A stretch of 63,944 nt of DNA, counting the filler, from an uncultured bacterium (lineage in GTDB: Bacteria; CAYJOG01), in the NCBI GenBank assembly GCA_964371695.1. It is 5 parts of 5 records of this genome, joined end to end, with 100 filler letters (N's around TTAATTAATTAA, not from the genome) between each part and the next. Parts side by side here need not be neighbours in the genome. Positions count along the whole stretch, not along the records: positions 13,606 to 27,078 come from CAYJOG010000030.1; positions 27,179 to 40,642 come from CAYJOG010000031.1; 3 more parts are not named here. One strand, written 5' to 3'. A model generated the notes under the pieces. That model saw only the letters and a list, made by a program, of their open reading frames with translations. It was not told the origin of the DNA and ran no database searches. A program made the position numbers and the translations under genes. Positions 17,849 through 30,803 of the stretch are shown piece by piece (the stretch's first letter is position 1; each line of letters starts with the position of its first letter).

Positions 17849-19333
17849 ATAAGGCTTTTGGCCTCTCTGTTTCTGCTGCCGCTGTTCGGCGTCATGACCT
17901 GGCGGCTTTATGACCAGCACGAGCGCCGCGTGACCCGCAGCGAACAGCGCCTGCTGGACATCGAACTCACCGAGCGCACCGGCACCCGGTTTTATGGCCT
18001 GTTTTATGGCGAAAAACAGACGCCGTTGGGTTACAGCATGAAAACCACGCTGCCAGAGCAGGACGGCGGCACGCGCCAGGACAGCCTGATGGTGGTGAAG
18101 CTCAAGGTGCTGGGCCGCCCCCAGGATGTCGAGACCGTGGGCAGTGTCTACACCAACAGCAAGGGGCAGTTCACCAGGTTTGATTTTCGCCTGAACAGCC
18201 CCGCCGGAGGGTTTTATGCCGAGGGCCGGGTGGACCGCCCCGAAGGCCCCCGCCGCCGGATGTCGCTCAAGGTGAGCAGCACACAGGGCATGGACCGCCG
18301 CCTGACCCTGAACCTGCCGCCGGACATGATTTTTTACGACGAAATCCCCCGGTACATTCTCAGCCGCAGCCCCAAAGGGGGCGAGGTGTTCACCTTCACG
18401 GTGCTGGACCCGGCGAACCTGGCCATGGCCACCCTGCGGGCCGAAGTGAAAGGCTGGCGCAAAACCCCCAAGGGCCAGCGGGTGCTGCGGGTGCGTTACA
18501 TTTATAAAGGCGTGCCGCTGGACATGACGCTGGACCGCTACGGCGACGTGCTGAGCGAGCAGAGCACCCTGGGGTTTTTCAGCAAACGCATCAGTTTTGA
18601 AGAGGTTCAGGCCCTGGCCCGCAATCGCAAGCAGTTGCCGGACATCGCTCAGCTCACCGCCATTCACCCCACGGGCAAAGCCATCCGCGACTCTTTCCGC
18701 GTGGTCACGGCCCATTACCGCGTGAGCGGTGTGCCCCTGTCGCGCTTCAACGCCATGGCGGGCCGGGGGCAGGAACTGGTGGGCGGCGAACTGTGGGTGC
18801 ATCCGGCCATTCCCCGGTCTGACCAGGGCCTCACTGCTCAGGAGCGCCGCCACTGGCTGGCCCCCACCGTGCTGGTTCAGTCGCGGGACCCCGCCATCAC
18901 CACGCTGGCCCGGCGACTCACCCGTGGCGCGGCGGGTGAGCCTGCCGTGCGGCGCATACTTTCTTATGTTTATCAGGGGCTTGAGAAAATGCCGGTGGTG
19001 AGTCTGCCCAGCGCTGTGGATATCCTGCGGGACCGCAAAGGCGACTGCAACGAACACGCCACGCTGTTTGCGGCGCTGACGCGGGCGGCGGGGGTGCCCA
19101 CCCGCGTGGTGGGGGGCGTGGTGATGCTGCGGGGCGTGTTTCTGTTCCACGCCTGGAACGAAGTGTTTGTGAACGGCCACTGGCTGAGCGCCGACGCCAC
19201 GCTGGGCCAGATGCCCACCGACGCCACCCACCTGCGTTTCATGGAGGGCCGCGACGTGCGGGCGCTTTCGCCGCTCATGAACCTTGTGGGTCAGGGGCGC
19301 ATCGAGATTCTCTACACTGAGGAAAAACCATGA
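17747..19333 (+). CDS. Membrane-anchored transglutaminase-like domain protein (start uncertain)
   Basis: GDCNEHA, RAAGVPTR, FHAWNEV, W..ADAT (Cys-His-Asp triad). Confidence 0.85.
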   Translation: MWTKNPKRNLVFLPFVEPLTRPFGPPSPRKGERGIRLLASLFLLPLFGVMTWRLYDQHERRVTRSEQRLLDIELTERTGTRFYGLFYGEKQTPLGYSMKTTLPEQDGGTRQDSLMVVKLKVLGRPQDVETVGSVYTNSKGQFTRFDFRLNSPAGGFYAEGRVDRPEGPRRRMSLKVSSTQGMDRRLTLNLPPDMIFYDEIPRYILSRSPKGGEVFTFTVLDPANLAMATLRAEVKGWRKTPKGQRVLRVRYIYKGVPLDMTLDRYGDVLSEQSTLGFFSKRISFEEVQALARNRKQLPDIAQLTAIHPTGKAIRDSFRVVTAHYRVSGVPLSRFNAMAGRGQELVGGELWVHPAIPRSDQGLTAQERRHWLAPTVLVQSRDPAITTLARRLTRGAAGEPAVRRILSYVYQGLEKMPVVSLPSAVDILRDRKGDCNEHATLFAALTRAAGVPTRVVGGVVMLRGVFLFHAWNEVFVNGHWLSADATLGQMPTDATHLRFMEGRDVRALSPLMNLVGQGRIEILYTEEKP

Positions 19334-20097
19334 ACGCCCCGCTCCCCGCCATACAGTTCGACGGCCTGTATAAAAAATACGGCGATTTCATGGCGCTGCA
19401 TCCGCTGAGTCTGCGGGTGGAGCAAGGCGAGATTTTTGGTTTTCTCGGCCCCAACGGCGCGGGCAAAACCACCACCATGCGGGTGCTGAGCGGCATGTTG
19501 CTGCCCACCGGCGGCACCGTGCGCCTGAACGGCCACGACGTGGTGAAAGACGCGCTGGCGGCCAAAAGCAGCATGGGTTACATCCCCGACCGGCCCTATC
19601 TTTATGAAGCCCTCAGCATCACCGAGTTTCTTTCGTTCACCGCCACGCTGCACGGCGTGCCCCAGGCCGAGCAGGAACAACGCATGGCCCGCTGGCTGGG
19701 GGAGTTTCAGTTGTGGGAGTGGCGGCACGAACTGATCCGCCACCTGAGCCACGGCATGCGCCAGAAGGTGGTGATCACCTCGGCGCTGCTGCACGACCCG
19801 CCGGTGCTGGTGGTGGACGAACCCATGGTGGGGCTGGACGCCGCCGGGGTGAAAAAGCTCAAAGACATTTTCCGCGAGCACGCCGCCTTGGGCCGCTGCG
19901 TGTTTTTCTCCACCCACAGCATGGCCCTGGCCGAGGAGCTGTGCGGACGCATCGCCATTCTGCACCACGGCCAGTTGCTGGCGGTGGGCACGCAGCAGGA
20001 GCTGCACGCCCTGGCGAACCAGCGGGTGCAGGACCACACACTGGAGGAGCTGTTTTTGAAGTTGACGGAAGAGGAAGGGGACAGCCAGACGGCGTAG
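19330..20097 (+). CDS. ABC transporter ATP-binding protein (ABC-2 type)
   Basis: GPNGAGKTT, LSHGMRQK, VVDEP, STH; ATGA overlap with upstream gene. Confidence 0.95.
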   Translation: MNAPLPAIQFDGLYKKYGDFMALHPLSLRVEQGEIFGFLGPNGAGKTTTMRVLSGMLLPTGGTVRLNGHDVVKDALAAKSSMGYIPDRPYLYEALSITEFLSFTATLHGVPQAEQEQRMARWLGEFQLWEWRHELIRHLSHGMRQKVVITSALLHDPPVLVVDEPMVGLDAAGVKKLKDIFREHAALGRCVFFSTHSMALAEELCGRIAILHHGQLLAVGTQQELHALANQRVQDHTLEELFLKLTEEEGDSQTA

Positions 20098-20173
20098 AGG
20101 TTGGAAGATGGCGGCTTGGGGTTGGTGGTTGGTGTTTGGCGGCTGGAGGTCGAAAAAAACAAAAGCCATCGTC

Positions 20174-20211
20174 CCCGCCGTCATTCCCGCTTTCGCGGGG
20201 ATGACGGCGGG
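20174..20211. repeat. GTCATTCCCGC..GCGGGAATGAC palindrome (family D; also 40242-40270, 40759-40792, 45264-45297)
   Basis: Four near-identical copies visible. Confidence 0.85.
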
Positions 20212-20725
20212 AGAATAAAAACCGCCGCATGCAGCGTCAAAGAAGGGCGCATAATTCTTTGGCAGGGTGTTCGTCAAAACTCTGCCGCCCCCCTTGTGCG
20301 GCTTTTCACTTTCCTTGATAACAGGCTTCCTCAAACCTTAAAATAGGCGGTCCAAAAACCCGCCGCATGGCGGGAGTGGCCCTCTTGGAGCGTTTTTATG
20401 GAACCCTTATATATCAACCGTTTGGCGGCATCCACGGCCAGAGGCCATGGATGGCCGTTCCCGCCGCCGCCCCAAGGCGGACGGCGCTTGTCAAAAATGG
20501 GCCCTGGGAGTAAAAAGCCATGACAATCATGTCCTTATTCGGGTTGGGCTGGGGCGTGCGGCGTTGTTTGCAAGGTTTCACGGATGAAACCGGCAAACCA
20601 GAAAACATAAACCGGGCAGGTCTTTTTACCCAGCGAATCAGTCATGCCCGTTGTGCGTAAACATAGCGAATAAGCTCCAGCCCCTTAATCCCAAGGGGGG
20701 TTCATTCTACGAAAGGGGGGGCGAC

Positions 20726-25243
<4,518 letters not shown>

Positions 25244-25292
25244 AAAGCCATGGTGACCAACAATTCCGCAATGGGGGGCCATCAAAATGCGC

Positions 25293-25567
25293 CATCGTTC
25301 CCTCCCCCCTTTGGGGGGAGGGTGGTCCGAAGGACCGGGCGAGGGGCAAAATATGAACAAAAAACCAGTTTTTGGTGGGGCAGGCATCCTGCCTGCCTGA
25401 AAAAAAGAACAAAAACTTCATTTGGTTTTTTTGCTTTTGAATACCCCGGCACTGTCGTGCCGCTAGACGCGCCCGGCAGCATCAATATGCTGCCGCAATC
25501 CCAAAAAACCTCCCGCATCCATTACCCGGCGCTGTGCGCCACCCTCTCCCCATAAAGGGGAGAGGGG
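25293..25567. repeat. Repeat mosaic between gltB and gltD (family C ends with internal shared modules)
   Basis: Family C at 25293-25346 and 25539-25567; GCAGGCATCCTGCCTGC and GCAGCATCAATATGCTGC hairpins. Confidence 0.8.
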
Positions 25568-25636
25568 ACAATGCCTCCTTATTCAACATCCAGCCAACAA
25601 TTTCCAAATTCCAACTTCAAAGAAGTGAGCCGCAAA

Positions 25637-27034
25637 ATGGGAAAAGTCACCGGATTCATCGAATACACCCGTCAGGAAGCCCCCCGCCGTGCCGTGGCGG
25701 AACGCCTGAAGGACTACCGCGAAATCGAGCAGCGTTTTGCCGAAGACGACCTGAAAACCCAGGCCGCCCGCTGCATGGACTGTGGCGTGCCCTTTTGCCA
25801 CACCGGCTGCCCGCTCGGCAACATCATTCCCGACTGGAACGATCTGGTGTATGCGGGTCGGTGGAAAGACGCGGTGGACCGCCTTCACAAAACCAACAAC
25901 TTCCCCGAAGTCACGGGCCGCGTGTGCCCCGCCCCCTGCGAAACCGAATGTATTCTGGGCATCACCGACCCACCCGTGGCCATCAAGCAGGTGGAGCGCG
26001 AAATCGCCGACCGGGGTTGGGACAACGGCTGGATCACCCCCCAGCCGCCCGAAGAACTCACCGGCAAAAAGGTGGCTGTGATTGGCGGCGGCCCGGCGGG
26101 TCTGGCGGGGGCGCAGCAGCTCACCCGCGCCGGCCACAGCGTGACGGTGTTCGAGCGCGACGACCGCGTGGGGGGCCTGCTCACCTACGGCATTCCCGAT
26201 TTCAAGATGGAGAAAAACCTCGTGGCCCGCCGGGTGGAGCAGATGGAGGCCGAGGGCACGGTGTTTCGCACCGGTGTGAACGTGGGCACGGACATCACCA
26301 TGGAGGAACTGCAAAAAAACTTCGACGCCGTGTTGCTGGCGGCGGGGGCGGGTTTTGCCCGGCCCCTTTCGGTGCCCGGCGCAGATCTGAAAGGCGTGGT
26401 GAAGGCCATGACCTTTTTGCCCCAGCAGAACAAACGTCTGGCGGGCGTGCTGGTGCCCAAGGATGAAAGCATCACCGCCACGGGCAAACGGGTGGCGATT
26501 CTGGGCGGCGGCGACACGGGGGCCGACTGCCTGGGCACCAGTCACCGCCAGGGCGCGGCGGCCATTTACCAGCTCGAAATTTTGCCCCAGCCCGAAAAAC
26601 TGAAATCCAGCACCAGCCACGAAGAAGGCGGCGAACGCCTGTGGGGGGTGCTCACCAAAAAGCTGGAGGGCGACGCCCAGGGCAATGTCACGCACCTGCA
26701 CGGCGTGAAGGTGACGTGGTCACTGGGGGCAGATGGCCGCCACGAAATGCAGGAGGTCCCCGGCAGCGAATTTGTGCTGGCGGTGGACTTGGTGATTCTG
26801 GCCATGGGTTTTCTGGGGCCAGAGCAACACGGCGTCATCGAACAGGCGGGCCTGAACACGGACCCCCGCAGCAACGTGGCGGTGGACGTCAACTTCATGA
26901 CCAGCGTGCCCGGCGTGTTTGCCGCAGGCGACATGAAACGCGGCGCGAGTCTGGTGGTTCACGCCATCTACGAAGGCCGCCAAGCCGCCAAAGCCATTGA
27001 CCAGTACCTGATGGGCAAGACCCGGCTGGAGTAA
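25637..27034 (+). CDS. gltD: Glutamate synthase small subunit
   Basis: MGKVTGF, RCMDCGVPFC, GRVCPAPCE, GGGPAG, GGGDTGADC, FAAGD. Confidence 0.97.
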   Translation: MGKVTGFIEYTRQEAPRRAVAERLKDYREIEQRFAEDDLKTQAARCMDCGVPFCHTGCPLGNIIPDWNDLVYAGRWKDAVDRLHKTNNFPEVTGRVCPAPCETECILGITDPPVAIKQVEREIADRGWDNGWITPQPPEELTGKKVAVIGGGPAGLAGAQQLTRAGHSVTVFERDDRVGGLLTYGIPDFKMEKNLVARRVEQMEAEGTVFRTGVNVGTDITMEELQKNFDAVLLAAGAGFARPLSVPGADLKGVVKAMTFLPQQNKRLAGVLVPKDESITATGKRVAILGGGDTGADCLGTSHRQGAAAIYQLEILPQPEKLKSSTSHEEGGERLWGVLTKKLEGDAQGNVTHLHGVKVTWSLGADGRHEMQEVPGSEFVLAVDLVILAMGFLGPEQHGVIEQAGLNTDPRSNVAVDVNFMTSVPGVFAAGDMKRGASLVVHAIYEGRQAAKAIDQYLMGKTRLE

Positions 27035-27078
27035 CGGGGCGGGAGAATTGGGCGAAATGGCTCCGGCCTGATTGACGC

Positions 27079-27178
27079 NNNNNNNNNNNNNNNNNNNNNN
27101 NNNNNNNNNNNNNNNNNNNNNNTTAATTAATTAANNNNNNNNNNNNNNNNNNNNNNNNNNNNNNNNNNNNNNNNNNNN
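27079..27178. other. Artificial contig linker
   Basis: N-TTAATTAATTAA-N. Confidence 0.98.
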
Positions 27179-28164
27179 TTAGCCACTGCGCCGGGCATGC
27201 CCCACACCACACTGCTGATCTCGTCCTGCACCATCACCTGCGCTCCCTTGGCCCGCAGGGCCTGCGCGCCTTTCAGGCCGTCGCAGCCCATGCCGGTGAG
27301 CACCATCGCCAATGCTTCTGGGCCATAGGTTTCTGCCATGGATTCAAAAAGCACGTCCACCGACGGGCGGCAGAAATTTACCGGATTCTCTTGATTGAGC
27401 AGCACGCGCACTGTTTGGCCCTGGCGTTTGACCACCATGTGTTCCGCGCCGGGGGCCAGCAGCACCATGCCGGGTTCCAGCACCATTTCGTGGCAGGCTA
27501 GGACGGGTTTCAGCGGTGTGCGTCGCCCCAGTTGCTCTGCCAGCGAGGCGGCAAATCCCCTGGGAATGTGTTGCACGATGAGCACCGGCGAACGGGGGGG
27601 CTGGGTGAAACTCGAAAAAAAAGTTTCCAGCGCCTGGGGGCCGCCGGACTCGTCGACCCCCCCCCCCACCCCGGGCCGGGGCGGGTTGGGGAATGTTGGG
27701 GGGCGGTGTTGGGGCAGGCGGGCGCGCCGGATGATGGCGTCGGCGAGCAGGCCAGCCAGATGCTCCAACGTTTTTTCGGGGCTGCCCTTGCTGGCGGGTT
27801 TGAGCAAAAAATCCTCCGCCCCCAGTCGCAGGGCTTCAAAGGTATACCGGGCGCTCCAGTGACTGGGGCCAGACAGCAGAATCACCCGCGTGGCAGGTCT
27901 CTCCTGCTTGATGATTTTCAAAACCTCCAGGCCGTCCAGGCCGGGCATCTGGCGGTCCAGCAGCACCACACCGGGGTGAAGTTCCCGAAAGATTTTGATT
28001 CCCTCTTCGCCGCAATCGGCTTCTCCCGCCAGCTTCACGCCGGGCACCTGTTGCAGAGCGGTTTTGAGGATGCGCCGGAAGGTGAGGCTGTCCTCAATGA
28101 TCAGCACCTGCTGATGGGTGACGGGGGAGGGCGCGGGGACGTTGGCAAGGGCGGTGGGGGGCAT
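27179..28164 (-). CDS. cheB: Chemotaxis methylesterase CheB (REC + methylesterase), 3'-truncated
   Basis: REC (IIEDS, LLDRQMP, FLLKP); VQHIP, RPSVDVLF, LTGMGCDG, VVWGMP; GxSTGG motif degenerate. Confidence 0.9.
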
Positions 28165-28179
28165 GGGTTTTTCCGGTTT

Positions 28180-30352
28180 TTATAACCTGAAGCCCTCAAA
28201 CCAGGACTGAAGCGGTTTGGAGAGATCCAGCAACTGGCGGGCGCTCATCTGGGTGCTGGCTGCGCCCTCGGCGGTGTTGCGGGCAGCCTGATTCACCGCG
28301 CCGATGTTCTGCACAATGCTGGCCACGCCCCGGGCGGCCTCACCCACGTTGCGGGTGATGTCGTTGGTGACAGTGGTTTGCTCGTCCACGCTGATGGCGA
28401 TGGCGTTGGAGATGGCGTCAATCTCCTGGATGATGCTCTCGATATTGGCGATGGCGTCCACTGCGCTGCTGGTATCGCGCTGAATGTCCTCGATGCGCTG
28501 GGTGATGTNNNNNNNNNNCGGTGGCCCCGGCGGTCTGTTTGGCCAGTTCCTTCACCTCGTTGGCCACCACCGCGAAGCCCTTGCCCGCCTCGCCGGCGCG
28601 GGCGGCCTCGATGGTGGCGTTGAGCGCCAGCAGGTTGGTTTGCTGGGCGATGGCGGTGATGGTTTTGATGACCTTGCCGATTTCGTTGCTGCTGTTGCCC
28701 AGCTTGGCGATGGTGCCATTGGTGGCGCTGGCGGCCTGCACGGCGCGGGCGGCCACCTTGGCCGCTTCGGCAGCATTGCGGGCGATTTCCTTGATGGAGG
28801 CGGACATTTCTTCGGTGCCAGCGGCCACGGTTTCAGTGCTGCGGCCCACCTGTTCGCTGGCGGCGCTGGCGGCAGAGGACTGGGCGCTGGTTTCTTCTGC
28901 TGCGCCCGCCATGGTGTTGGAAATACTGTTCAGTTCCTCACTGCTCTGCATCAGGTTGTGGACAATCTGGCCGACCTTTTTCAGGTTGTCCCGCAGGTCA
29001 CCCAGAAAAAGCCCCAGGCCCTGGGCCATCTGCCCGGCGGCGTCGTCGCCGCTGATTTCAAGCGTGGTGGTGAGGTCGCCTGATTTGGCGGCGTTCACCA
29101 CATTCAGCATGGCGTCCACCTTTTGCTGAAGGGCCTCGCGGTCGCTACGCACCTGTTCCTGCATTTCCTTTTCGCGGGCTTTCAGGGCCAGGTCTTCGGT
29201 GATCACCCGCCACGTCACCATGGGGCCGATGTATTCCCCTTTGGCGTTGTAGGTGGGGTTGACCAGCAGGTTGAGCACTTCTTCCCCCAGCTTGATGTTC
29301 GCGTCGTGGGGCAGGTTTTTGGGGTTTTTGATGATGTTGCGCACGGCTTCGGGGTTTTTGTGAAAGATGTCAATGGAGCGGCCCAGCAGGTTTTCCACCT
29401 TGTCGGGCAGCAGGTGCTCCAGCGATTTCAGCGTGCGCTCGCTGGCGGGGTTCATGTAAATGAAATTGAAATCCAGGTCAGCCAAAAGCACATTGATGGG
29501 CATGTTCTGCATCATGTTTTTCAGCCGCGCCGCGTCGTCTTCGGCGCGCTTGAGTTGGGAGATTTCCTCCCAGTTCACAATCACGCCGCCATAGGTTCCG
29601 TCATCCAGCACGATGGCGTTCACGTTCAGGTCCAGCCACAACTGACCCACCCGAATCGCGGCCCGGTGGGGCAGGTTGTGAATGTCCTTGAGCAGGGCGC
29701 GGATGCGCTCTGCCGCAGGCCCCTTGTGAAACCGGTCAATGCTGCCGCCCTCAACCTGCGTGGCCTTCACGCCAAACTCGGCCATGAGGGTTTCTTCCAT
29801 CTTCGCCAGGGTTTCCCCTGCTTTTTTGTTGGCGAAAACGATGTTGCCCTTGCGGTCGGCCACAAACACGTTGGTGCCCAGGTTGTCCAGCGCGTTGCGC
29901 AGGCCGTCCAGGCGATCCAGCACAGTGGTGTGGCCGTTGCCATTGGATGAAGGCGCGGGGCGTTGCAGGGTGGCGGATGGTTTCATGGTGACGATTTCCT
30001 CCTTGAGGGGACTGACCAAAGCAGCGACTTCATCAATCAGGTTCGGGGCCACGCCCAGTTCCTGAAGGGTGTTCACCAGATGCCCCGCCACCGCGCCAAA
30101 GTGGCGCTCGGTGAGGCCCATGTTGTGGTGGGCGCTCGTCATGTCCTGGCCCTGATACACATCGGGCCCCCCCAGCGCGGTGGTGAGAAAATCCACCTGC
30201 TGCTGGCGCTGGTGGGCCATGTCAGTGTGTTTGAAAAATCCCTTGAGGGATTTGTCCCGCAGCACTTTCTGATAAAAAAGGTCCACGGCCGCCGCTATGG
30301 CGGCTGCACCGCCAAGGCGTTCATAGAGCGAGGTTCGGGTGGCGACAGACAT
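28180..30352 (-). CDS. Soluble chemoreceptor: group I truncated haemoglobin + 2 PAS + MCP signalling domain (apparent frameshift at the N-gap)
   Basis: [35 protein letters not shown]; two D.FHK.P PAS motifs; [37 protein letters not shown]; a 3-nt true gap at 28509-28518 would restore the frame. Confidence 0.9.
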
Positions 30353-30374
30353 TTATCCTCCTTGGATGGACGGC

Positions 30375-30803
30375 TCAGACTTGCAGGGTTTTCTGACTCA
30401 CGAGGGTTTCCAGATTCAGCCAGGGCACGACGCCCAGTTCGGTGTCAAACACACCATTGAAATAATCCGCCCCGCCAGTGCGCAAAGCGGGTGGCGTGGG
30501 GCTTAAGTGGTCTTCATGCCATTCATACACGTCGCCGGGCATGTCCACCGCCACTGCGGCCACACCGTGCTCCACAAAAGCCACCATGTAATAAGGGCCT
30601 TCTTCGAGGCGGCGGGGCTGGGCGCCCAGGCGCGGGGCCACTTCATAAGCGGTGATGATGTCTCCGCGCAGATTCAGAATGCCCATGACAGGCTCTGGGG
30701 CCAGGGGCACGGCGGTGGGGAACTGTGGCGGCAAAAATTCCCGCACCTTCTCCAGTTCAACGGCGAAATGATGCACGCCGATGCGTATGGTGGCGAGTCT
30801 CAC
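30375..30803 (-). CDS. cheW: CheW
   Basis: VPLAPEPVMGILNLRGDII; AVAVD. Confidence 0.85.
   Translation of the reverse strand: MRLATIRIGVHHFAVELEKVREFLPPQFPTAVPLAPEPVMGILNLRGDIITAYEVAPRLGAQPRRLEEGPYYMVAFVEHGVAAVAVDMPGDVYEWHEDHLSPTPPALRTGGADYFNGVFDTELGVVPWLNLETLVSQKTLQV

Noticed and set aside
20580-20700. c-di-GMP or glutamine riboswitch upstream of gltB
   Set aside because: Only GGCAAACC matches; the rest of the consensus and pairing are absent
26570-26630. Shortened loop in GltD (PQPEKLKSSTSHEEG)
   Set aside because: An in-frame variant in a variable loop with all key motifs intact
28418-28520. Frameshift or pseudogene in the MCP
   Set aside because: It is caused by the 10-N placeholder; a 3-nt gap restores GAT-E-DIT
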